From Chitinophagales bacterium (lineage in GTDB: Bacteria > Bacteroidota > Bacteroidia > Chitinophagales > CAVYQA01), in the NCBI GenBank assembly GCA_963770495.1, contig CAVYQA010000005.1, positions 70,479 through 134,478 of the forward strand: 64,000 nt of DNA. Reading direction: 5' to 3'. Below are positions 56,154 to 64,000 of this stretch, piece after piece (positions within the stretch are counted from its first letter, which is position 1; every line of letters begins with the position of its first letter). Both the position numbers and the translations under genes were made by a program. Under the pieces are notes generated by a model that was not told the DNA's origin, did no database searches, and was given only the letters and a program-made list of their open reading frames with translations.

Positions 56154-58181
56154 ATGTCATTTTTATATCCTTCTTTTTTATGGACGCTCAACCTCGTTTC
56201 CATACCGATAATTATTCACCTGTTTAATTTCAGGCGGTATAAAACCATCTTTTTTTCTAATGTAAAATTCCTTAAATCGGTAAAAGAGCAAACCAATTCA
56301 CGCTCGCAGCTAAAACATTTTCTTATTCTGCTGTGCCGCATTTTTGCTTTGGCATGTTTGGTGTTTGCATTTGCGCAACCGTTTATCACTCTTAAAAATA
56401 CGTCAGTAAATAAAATTGGTAAAGCAGTAAGCATTTATATTGACAATTCATTTAGTATGAGCAATACCTCCGGCGATTTACCATTGATAGAACAGGCAAA
56501 AATAAAAGCAAAGGAAATTGTTAACGGATACGGGGAGGGGGATAAGTTCCAGCTAATTACTAACGACTTTGAAGGCAAGCACCAACGGCTTATAAGTAAG
56601 GAGCAAATGCTGGATTGGATTGACGAGGTGCGAATCAGTCCCGTAGTAAGAAAATTAACGGACATTATAAAGCGCCAGAAACAGGCGATAGAAGAGGAAC
56701 CGGGCTCCACAAAAGTGATTTATGATATTTCTGATTTTCAGAAAAGCATGGCTGATATACCGGATTTGCCACCGGATACAACAGTAAAAATAAATCTCGT
56801 TCTATTAGCCGCCACACAACTGCGTAACCTGTTTATTGATACTTGCTGGACTGTAGCGCCCCTGCAAATGAAGGGACAAGCAACCCGTTTATTTGTTAAA
56901 ATAACCAATGCCTCTGATGCCGACGTGGAGAAATCAAGACTTGCACTTAGGGTAAATAATGAGGTAAAAGCTATTAATGAATTTTCAGTTGACCCTAACT
57001 CATCAATTGTTGACACCATAGCCTTTACTGTTGCACAAACAGGCTGGAACAGTGGACTGGTGAAGATATCCGATTACCCCATCACTTTTGACGATAATTA
57101 TTATATAGCATTTAATGCAGTAGATAAAATAAATGTAATGGTAATTAACCGAACAAGTGAAAACCCGTTTCTTTCTGCCTTATTTCACTCAGGAGATATT
57201 TTTAACGAGCAAAGCACAGATGTAGGTAAACTAAACTACTCCGACCTTGATAAAAATAACCTTGTCGTTTTAAACGAGGTAAGTTCTGTTTCATCAGGGC
57301 TTGCTGATGAGTTGAAGAAATATTTGCAGCAGGGTGGTAATGTGCTATTGTTTCCTGATTCACATGCCGATATAGATTCATACAACAAGTTTTTAAGTGA
57401 AGTTAACGCTCCTTCTTTCGGAACATATAGCAGTGGCGAAAAAACAGTTACACGCATTGATGCAAAAAATGAGTTGCTAATGGATTTGTTTAGAACGGTA
57501 TCTGAAAATATGAAGTTGCCTTATGCTGATGCATCTTTCTCACTTAACCGCACCTCTTCATCATTGGAAGAATCCGTTTTGCAATTTAGTGATGGCAGCC
57601 CGTTGATAGGCCGGTGCAAGGTGGGAGCAGGTAATTTATATTTATGCACAACTCCGCTGCAAAAAGATATTACCGATTTGCCCGTAAGCCCTATATTTGC
57701 TCCTTTGGTATATAAAATGGCAATTACAGGCAATGCTGTTCGCCCATTGGCTTATATAATTGGTCAAAACCAACAAATTGTGTTAAGTGATACCAATAAT
57801 ACTTCAGGCAATATAGTGTATCACATGAAAAACAATACTACTGAATTTATTCCCCAGCAGCGTAAAATAGGCATTTCAACCCATATAAATCCTATGGAAA
57901 ATGTTAAACAGGATGGCATATATTCAGTTTTTTTACCGGGGCACAACCCTGTTATGCTGGCTGCGCTTAATTATGACCGATCGCAATCTGTAATGCAGTT
58001 TGCCGATGTAAAGAGCGAAATTTCTAATAAAAGCCACATTGCCATCCTCAGCGGGCAAACGAAAAACCTAACCCTAATGGTGCAGGAAATGAACGCCGAT
58101 ATAATTTTGTGGAAAGTTTGTATTATTTTTGTTCTAATATTTTTAGCCATTGAAACCCTCTTAATCAAATTCTGGAAGTAA
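56154..58181 (+). CDS. BatA N-terminal double-TM domain protein
   Basis: MSFLYPSFLWTLNLVSIPIIIHLFNFRRYKTIFFSNVKFL fits the aerotolerance-regulator N-terminal domain. There is a large periplasmic part and a C-terminal TM segment. Confidence 0.75.
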   Translation: MSFLYPSFLWTLNLVSIPIIIHLFNFRRYKTIFFSNVKFLKSVKEQTNSRSQLKHFLILLCRIFALACLVFAFAQPFITLKNTSVNKIGKAVSIYIDNSFSMSNTSGDLPLIEQAKIKAKEIVNGYGEGDKFQLITNDFEGKHQRLISKEQMLDWIDEVRISPVVRKLTDIIKRQKQAIEEEPGSTKVIYDISDFQKSMADIPDLPPDTTVKINLVLLAATQLRNLFIDTCWTVAPLQMKGQATRLFVKITNASDADVEKSRLALRVNNEVKAINEFSVDPNSSIVDTIAFTVAQTGWNSGLVKISDYPITFDDNYYIAFNAVDKINVMVINRTSENPFLSALFHSGDIFNEQSTDVGKLNYSDLDKNNLVVLNEVSSVSSGLADELKKYLQQGGNVLLFPDSHADIDSYNKFLSEVNAPSFGTYSSGEKTVTRIDAKNELLMDLFRTVSENMKLPYADASFSLNRTSSSLEESVLQFSDGSPLIGRCKVGAGNLYLCTTPLQKDITDLPVSPIFAPLVYKMAITGNAVRPLAYIIGQNQQIVLSDTNNTSGNIVYHMKNNTTEFIPQQRKIGISTHINPMENVKQDGIYSVFLPGHNPVMLAALNYDRSQSVMQFADVKSEISNKSHIAILSGQTKNLTLMVQEMNADIILWKVCIIFVLIFLAIETLLIKFWK

Positions 58182-59450
58182 ATGAATCTGCTGATACGTG
58201 CCGCCACTATTATTGACCGTACTTCACCATTTCATCAGCAGAAAAAAGACATTTTAATTCTCAACGGAAAAATTGATTCTATTAAGGATAAGATTAAATC
58301 CGAGAAATCAGTTAAGGAAATTGATGCTGCGGGAAAATATATAACCATAGGATTTAAAGATACATTCGCTAATTTTTGTGACCCTGGTTTTGAATATAAA
58401 GAAGATATACTAAGCGGGGCAAAAGCTGCGGCAGCAGGGGGGTATACAACCGTTGCTATTTCGCCCCAAACTTTACCGGCAAAAGATTCAAAATCACAAA
58501 TTGAATATGTGCGCAGCAAATCGGAGGGCAACCTGGTAAATGTTTTGCCATTGGGTGCTATCAGCAAAGAATGTGAAGGGAAGGAGATTGCCGAAATATA
58601 CGATATGCAATCTGCGGGAGCCATAGCATTTACTGACGGGTTTCATTCTGTTGCAGATTCGGGATTAATGCTTCGCGCCTTGCAATATGTAAAGTCGTTT
58701 GACGGGTTAATTTATAGTTTCCCGGAAGATAAAACCATTTCACCTTTTGGAGTGATGAATGAAAGTAAAGAAAGCGTGACCCTTGGTATGAAAGGTATTC
58801 CCAACCTTGCCGAAGCTATTATGGTGCAGCGGGATATTGAATTGGTTGAATATTCCGGCTCGCGGGTTCATTTCTTTTGCATTTCTACTAAAGACTCAGT
58901 TGACCTTATACGCCGTGCAAAAGCAAAAGGGTTAAATGTTACCTGCGGGGTAAATCCTTTACATTTGCTTTTAGATGATTCTATGTTAGATAATTTTGAC
59001 TCAAATTTTAAATTAGAACCTCCTTTACGAACAAAAGAGGATATAAAGGCGTTAATTAACGGACTGAAAGATGACACCATTGATGTGCTATGCTCATCAC
59101 ATAATCCTCAAAATGAGGAGTTGAAAAAAGTTGAATTTGACTATGCGGCTTACGGCGCTATCGGGCTGGAAAGCGCTTTTGCAGTAGCTAATACAGTGTT
59201 AAAAAGTAAATTATCACTTGAAAAAATAATTGAAAAGTTAAACATTAACCCTGCTAAAATTCTTGGTTTTGGCATATCTTCAATAAAAGAAAATGAACTG
59301 GCGGATTTATGCGTCTTTGACCCGACTATAAATTGGAAATTTTCTTTGGTAGATATACGCAGTAAATCCAGAAATTCGCCTGTTATAGGAATGTCGTTAA
59401 CAGGTAAAGTAATATCGGTTATAAATAACAATCAGTTATTTACTAACTAA
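58182..59450 (+). CDS. Dihydroorotase-like protein lacking metal and catalytic residues (PyrC-prime type)
   Basis: It is collinear with type I DHOase (FKLEPPLR, GMKGIP, QRDIELVE). DxHVH is replaced by DTFANF, AHCE by SFPE, CHVST by FCIST, and TDHAPH by SSHNPQ. Confidence 0.8.
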   Translation: MNLLIRAATIIDRTSPFHQQKKDILILNGKIDSIKDKIKSEKSVKEIDAAGKYITIGFKDTFANFCDPGFEYKEDILSGAKAAAAGGYTTVAISPQTLPAKDSKSQIEYVRSKSEGNLVNVLPLGAISKECEGKEIAEIYDMQSAGAIAFTDGFHSVADSGLMLRALQYVKSFDGLIYSFPEDKTISPFGVMNESKESVTLGMKGIPNLAEAIMVQRDIELVEYSGSRVHFFCISTKDSVDLIRRAKAKGLNVTCGVNPLHLLLDDSMLDNFDSNFKLEPPLRTKEDIKALINGLKDDTIDVLCSSHNPQNEELKKVEFDYAAYGAIGLESAFAVANTVLKSKLSLEKIIEKLNINPAKILGFGISSIKENELADLCVFDPTINWKFSLVDIRSKSRNSPVIGMSLTGKVISVINNNQLFTN

Positions 59451-59462
59451 AATTTATTTACT

Positions 59463-60026
59463 ATGGATAACAATAAACTCTTACAGGATTTTTCGGTTAA
59501 AAACGCACTTATTATTAGTCTCGTTTATATCGTTTTGGTTTTAGTTCTGTATATAATAGGTTTGTCTTATTATGCCGGCTTTTCACGATTAGTTCCATTT
59601 TTGGTTATGCTTATAATGGTATTAATGGCTGGATTTAGAATGAGAAAATTAAATGACGGATTTATTGAATTTAAACAGGCGTTAAAATATATATTTTTAA
59701 TGTTTATAATAATTGAGGTATTGTATACGGCTTTTGATATATTAATGAATAAGGTTGTTGATCCAAACTTAGCCCAAGAAATGAAACAGATTGCGATACA
59801 GAAAACTTTAGTATGGATGGAGAAATTTAACGCTCCCCAAGATAAAATTGACTTAGCCAGGAAACAAATAGAGGCTAAAGACTTTTCATACAAATTTTCA
59901 ACTGTTTTTTTATCTCTTGGAATATGGTTAATTATAGATTTTGTTATAGCCGCTATTTATTCGGCAATTATAAAAAAATCAAAATTATTTGAAGATTCCG
60001 ATAAACCGGGTGAATTAATTAGTTAG
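59463..60026 (+). CDS. DUF4199-like membrane protein
   Basis: 187 aa with 4 TM segments. It occupies the usual Bacteroidota position between the DHOase-like gene and the GT2 gene. Confidence 0.55.
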   Translation: MDNNKLLQDFSVKNALIISLVYIVLVLVLYIIGLSYYAGFSRLVPFLVMLIMVLMAGFRMRKLNDGFIEFKQALKYIFLMFIIIEVLYTAFDILMNKVVDPNLAQEMKQIAIQKTLVWMEKFNAPQDKIDLARKQIEAKDFSYKFSTVFLSLGIWLIIDFVIAAIYSAIIKKSKLFEDSDKPGELIS

Positions 60027-60029
60027 AGC

Positions 60030-60968
60030 ATGCAAATCTCAGTAGTCATTCCCGCTTATAACGAAGATGAATCCTTGCCGGAATTATGCGATTGGATTGT
60101 GCGCGTAATGCAGCAGAATAATTTTACTTACGAAATAATTTTTATTGATGATGGCAGCCGCGATAAATCGTGGATGGTAATGAGTGAGCTTGCCGCAAAA
60201 AATAAGAATGTAAAAGCCATTCGTTTTCGTCGTAATTACGGAAAGTCCGCCGCTTTAAATGAAGGATTTAGTATTGTTAAAGGCGATGTGGTAATTACTA
60301 TGGATGCCGATATGCAGGATAGTCCCGATGAGATACCGGCTTTATATAAAATGATTGTTGACGATAATTATGACATTGTTTCGGGATGGAAAAAGAAGCG
60401 ACACGACCCTATATCAAAAACAATACCCTCTAAATTCTTTAATGCTGTAACGCGCAGTATGAGCGGCATAAAAATTCATGATTTTAATTGCGGTTTAAAA
60501 GCCTATAAAAAAGAGGTAGTTAAAAATATTGAAGTAAGCGGCGAGATGCATCGGTACATACCCGTAATTGCTAAATGGGCAGGTTTTGCGAAAATTACGG
60601 AAAAAGTGGTGGAACACCGCGCACGTAAATATGGCACCACTAAATTCGGGTTTGAGCGTTTTATAAATGGTTTTCTCGATTTGCTTTCCATTAGTTTTGT
60701 CACCCGCTTCGGCAAACGTCCTATGCATTTATTTGGCACATTGGGTCTTTTATCATTTTTTATAGGGTTAGTTATTTCTGCTTACTTGTTATTTGCAAAA
60801 GTGGTTTTCAGGGAATATAGGATGACAGAGCGCCCGTTATTTTATTTCGGGCTTATTACCATAGTCATCGGTGTGCAGTTGTTTTTAACCGGATTCCTTG
60901 CAGAATTAATCACGCGCAGTAAGAATAAGGAAAACGAGTACCAGGTTGAAAGCACCCTTAACATCTGA
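60030..60968 (+). CDS. GT2 polyprenyl-phosphate glycosyltransferase (GtrB/ArnC/DPM1-like)
   Basis: VVIPAYNE, IFIDDGSRD, and TMDADMQD (DxD), with two C-terminal TM helices. Confidence 0.85.
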   Translation: MQISVVIPAYNEDESLPELCDWIVRVMQQNNFTYEIIFIDDGSRDKSWMVMSELAAKNKNVKAIRFRRNYGKSAALNEGFSIVKGDVVITMDADMQDSPDEIPALYKMIVDDNYDIVSGWKKKRHDPISKTIPSKFFNAVTRSMSGIKIHDFNCGLKAYKKEVVKNIEVSGEMHRYIPVIAKWAGFAKITEKVVEHRARKYGTTKFGFERFINGFLDLLSISFVTRFGKRPMHLFGTLGLLSFFIGLVISAYLLFAKVVFREYRMTERPLFYFGLITIVIGVQLFLTGFLAELITRSKNKENEYQVESTLNI

Positions 60969-60982
60969 TTCAATTTTCAGTT

Positions 60983-62119
60983 GTGTCAAAAATCATTCTC
61001 ATCGGTTCTGCACATCCTTATCGTGGCGGGCTGGTTGCATATAACGAGCGACTTGCAGGAGCGTTGCAGGAAGCAGGACACGAGGTCACTATTTACACCT
61101 TCACTGTTCAATACCCCAACTTTCTTTTCCCCGGTAAATCACAATTTACCAATGAAGCGGCTCCATCAAACATCACCATAAAAAGAAAGGTTAATTCAGT
61201 TAACCCGCTTAACTGGGTATTGGTTGGCAATGAAATAAAAAATTTAAAACCTGATATTCTGCTCATAAAATACTGGCTGCCGTTTATGGGACCCTGCTTT
61301 GGTACAATTGCCCGACGGGCAAAGAAAAATCATCACACAAAAGTCATTAGTATTTTAGACAATGTAGTGCCTCATGAAAAAAGGGTGGGGGATATGGCAT
61401 TTACTAAATATTATATGGGTAGCTGTGATGCTTTTATAGGAATGTCGCAAATTGTTTTAGATGATTTAAAACAGTTTGATAATAAAAAACCACGTGCATT
61501 TAACCCGCATCCATTGTTTGATAATTTTGGAAAACCCGTTCCGAAAGAACAAGCAAAACAATTATCGGGGCTTGATGCAGCTACTAATTACATTTTATTT
61601 TTTGGGTTTATAAGAGATTATAAAGGACTTGATTTATTGCTTGAAGCTTTTGCCGATGAACGCTTACGAAAGTTTCCATTGAAACTAATAATAGCGGGTG
61701 AATTTTATTCGGATAGAAAAAAGTATGACGACCTGATTGAGAAATTTCACTTAAAAGATTTAATTATTCAAAAAACCGATTTTATCCCCGATAGTGAAGT
61801 TTACAAATACTTTTGTGCCGCCGATATTGTGGTTCAACCCTATAAACACGCCACTCAAAGCGGCGTTACCCAGATTGCTTATCAATTCAATAAACCAATG
61901 ATAATTACCAATGTAGGCGGACTTGCAGAAATTGTTCCCGATGGTAAAGCCGGTTATGTTGTAGAACCTTCACCAATTGCCATTGCTAATGCAATTGGTG
62001 ATTTTTATTCCTCTAATAAAGAAAAAATGTTTGTTGATGCTATTCAGTTAATAAAACCGCGTTTTGAATGGAGCGCAATGGTTAATACCATAGAGAAACT
62101 GGCTTTAGAAGTACATTAA
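60983..62119 (+). CDS. Glycosyltransferase family 4 (GT-B fold)
   Basis: The C-terminal half contains ADIVVQPYKHATQSGV...GGLAEIV. The start is GTG. Confidence 0.8.
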   Translation: MSKIILIGSAHPYRGGLVAYNERLAGALQEAGHEVTIYTFTVQYPNFLFPGKSQFTNEAAPSNITIKRKVNSVNPLNWVLVGNEIKNLKPDILLIKYWLPFMGPCFGTIARRAKKNHHTKVISILDNVVPHEKRVGDMAFTKYYMGSCDAFIGMSQIVLDDLKQFDNKKPRAFNPHPLFDNFGKPVPKEQAKQLSGLDAATNYILFFGFIRDYKGLDLLLEAFADERLRKFPLKLIIAGEFYSDRKKYDDLIEKFHLKDLIIQKTDFIPDSEVYKYFCAADIVVQPYKHATQSGVTQIAYQFNKPMIITNVGGLAEIVPDGKAGYVVEPSPIAIANAIGDFYSSNKEKMFVDAIQLIKPRFEWSAMVNTIEKLALEVH

Positions 62120-62191
62120 TTAACCTCACGTTAATGTCATATTCTTTACCTTTGTTAAGATATTAATTTTAATAAATATAAACTTTTAAAT

Positions 62192-63223
62192 ATGAAAAAT
62201 AAACTCGTTATGATGATTAGTGCGATAGTATTTATAGCCGTTATTCAAAAGACTTATGCACAGAAAGATACGGGTAACCATATAATCCACACTTTTCACG
62301 TTGGCGGCAAAGACGGCTGGGATTATATTGCGGTAAATCATGATCTGAAAAGAATTTATGTAGCTCACAGCACTCTTGTAAATATTATTGATGAAAACAC
62401 CGGGGATTCTGTTGGCATAATTCCAAATACAACGGGCGTACATGGTATCACTTTTGCAACGCCATTCGGGAAGGGATTTACAAGCAATGGCAGGATAAAT
62501 ACAGTTACCGTTTTTGATCTTAAAACAAATAAAGTAATTGAGCAGATAAAAACCGGCGCAGGACCTGATGCCATTATGTATGATGCATATTCTAAAAAAA
62601 TATTCGTTTGCGATGGCAAAGGAAAAGAAGCAACAATAATTGATCCAACTAATAATAAAGTGGTGGATTCAATTCCTTTGGGTGGTAAGCCGGAAACTCC
62701 CACTTCTGATAATGCAGGTAATATTTATGTGAATATTGAAGACAAAAATGAGCTTGTGCATATTGATGCCAATTCACACAAAATTTTAAACCGATGGACA
62801 ATAGGCAAGGGAGAATCACCAAGCGGCTTAGCAATAGACCGTGAACATAAACGCTTATTTATTGGATGTGATAATAAACTTATGATTATAATGAATGCAT
62901 CAAACGGAAATGTTATAGCACAATTGCCAATAGGGAATGGCTGCGATGGAACAGATTTTGATCCCGGTACAGGCAATGCTTTCAGTTCAAATGGGGAAGG
63001 AACGCTTACAGTAATTCATGAAGATAATCCCAACTCATTTCGTGTGGTTGCCACTGTACCCACAAAGAAAGGTGCGCGCACCTCAACAGTAGATGAACAA
63101 ACACATCATTTGTTTTTACCGGTTGCCGATTTAGGGGAAACTCGTCCGGCAGATTCGGAGCACCCTCATCCACGACCAAAAATTATTGAAGGCACTTTTG
63201 AAATATTGGAAGTAGGTAAGTAA
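62192..63223 (+). CDS. Secreted beta-propeller protein (YncE/YVTN-repeat-like)
   Basis: Signal peptide, then repeated motifs (KRIYVA, KKIFVC, GNIYVN, KRLFIG) spaced about 45 aa apart. Confidence 0.55.
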   Translation: MKNKLVMMISAIVFIAVIQKTYAQKDTGNHIIHTFHVGGKDGWDYIAVNHDLKRIYVAHSTLVNIIDENTGDSVGIIPNTTGVHGITFATPFGKGFTSNGRINTVTVFDLKTNKVIEQIKTGAGPDAIMYDAYSKKIFVCDGKGKEATIIDPTNNKVVDSIPLGGKPETPTSDNAGNIYVNIEDKNELVHIDANSHKILNRWTIGKGESPSGLAIDREHKRLFIGCDNKLMIIMNASNGNVIAQLPIGNGCDGTDFDPGTGNAFSSNGEGTLTVIHEDNPNSFRVVATVPTKKGARTSTVDEQTHHLFLPVADLGETRPADSEHPHPRPKIIEGTFEILEVGK

Positions 63224-63225
63224 AC

Positions 63226-63630
63226 TTAATCTTTCAGAAAACTATATTCCTCTTTCTCAGTCAGAAATTCAATTATTTGTTTGGGCGATTCATCCGGCGA
63301 CAGAGCTAATTTTATGGCATTCGTTAAATTCATTTCTTTAATCACATCCTTGTCATTCTTATAAAAGACCACTATTTTAAAAGTAGCTTTGGGTTTATCG
63401 TATTGCTTAATTATTTTTATATATGCTTTTGCAAAAATTAATTTTTCTAATGCTTCATCTTTCTTCGTTCCTGTCTCCAGAAAAATTATAGCGGTCACTA
63501 CTCCTGTACTTTCTAACCAGTTTTCTCCGTTAAGTGTTTTGCCAACCAGGTTTTCATCATCAGGTGAAGAATAAAAGATTTGTACCGCTATGGCTTGCCG
63601 GAGTGTGAGGGAACGGAATTTATCAGTCAT
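63226..63630 (-). CDS. Hypothetical protein (AT-rich)
   Basis: 134-aa ORF in which I recognise no motif. Confidence 0.4.
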   Translation of the reverse strand: MTDKFRSLTLRQAIAVQIFYSSPDDENLVGKTLNGENWLESTGVVTAIIFLETGTKKDEALEKLIFAKAYIKIIKQYDKPKATFKIVVFYKNDKDVIKEMNLTNAIKLALSPDESPKQIIEFLTEKEEYSFLKD

Positions 63631-63834
63631 AAAGATTAACTATTGTATATTGAAAGTAGAAAAATTTTATAAATAATTTATTGAAGATACTAAACGTTTA
63701 AACATTAGGTCACATTATTGTCTATTGGGTTATTATCGCTATCCTTAATAGTCTTGATATTTACTGCATAATCAAACCCGGTGTTATGCATTACGTTACC
63801 GAAAAATATGCATCTTTGCATAGTAAAAACAAGA

Positions 63835-64000
63835 ATGAACACAAAATGTTAATCAGAAGCCGCGCTCCCTTACGTATCGGATTAGCCGGTGGCGGTACCG
63901 ATGTCAGTCCCTATTCCGACCAGTATGGCGGTGCCATATTAAATGCAACCGTCAGCCTTTTTGCTTATGCAACCATTGAGCCGACGAACGATAATAAAAT
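63835..64000 (+). CDS. GHMP-family sugar kinase (partial, N-terminus only)
   Basis: (MNHK)[23 protein letters not shown] is typical of heptose/fucose-type GHMP kinases. The start is at 63835 or 63847, and the frame runs off the right edge. Confidence 0.6.

Overview
This is a 64-kb chromosomal window from a Bacteroidota-type genome. The assignment rests on T9SS parts and T9SS C-terminal sorting domains, a short 289-aa RpoD, DUF1573/DUF3276/DUF4199-type proteins and TAnnTTTG promoter boxes; GC is roughly 40% by eye. It holds about 65 tightly packed protein genes, almost all housekeeping:
- Information processing: rpoD, ffh, nusB, yajC, dnaG, gatB, rluD, and a TrmH-family methyltransferase.
- Cofactor and nucleotide metabolism: coaE, cmk, ispH, lipB, ubiX, pyrR-pyrB, aroB-aroA, and a futalosine-type radical SAM enzyme.
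- Envelope: an LptF/G-PAP2-GT39 operon, GT2 and GT4 glycosyltransferases, an Omp85-family protein, a PorQ-like protein, and two tandem T9SS cargo paralogs.
- A trehalose locus.
- One tRNA-Pro(GGG).

I see no rRNA, CRISPR array, transposase, integrase or phage genes. I cannot support a multi-gene novel (for example defence) system from the sequence.

The least ordinary locus is the 1.9-kb gap between ffh and msrB (8.46-10.39 kb). It contains an AT-rich ORFan with a faint uracil-DNA-glycosylase-like motif order and a truncated 2-TM ORF. It also holds twin operator-like palindromes, a 120-nt nested hairpin, two covarying hairpins, a 27-nt iteron-like repeat set and a heptamer tandem repeat.

Other points worth a second look:
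- Two dispersed families of 3'-end intergenic hairpin repeats, including a 128-bp MITE-like inverted pair.
- An otsA-otsB fusion whose phosphatase half carries an in-frame TAG plus a frameshift.
- An Omp85-family gene split at an A6 run.
- A dihydroorotase homolog that has lost its metal and catalytic residues (PyrC-prime-like).
- Adjacent PUR-like and SWIB-domain genes.

All calls come from reading the ORF translations and the DNA by eye. No database search was run.
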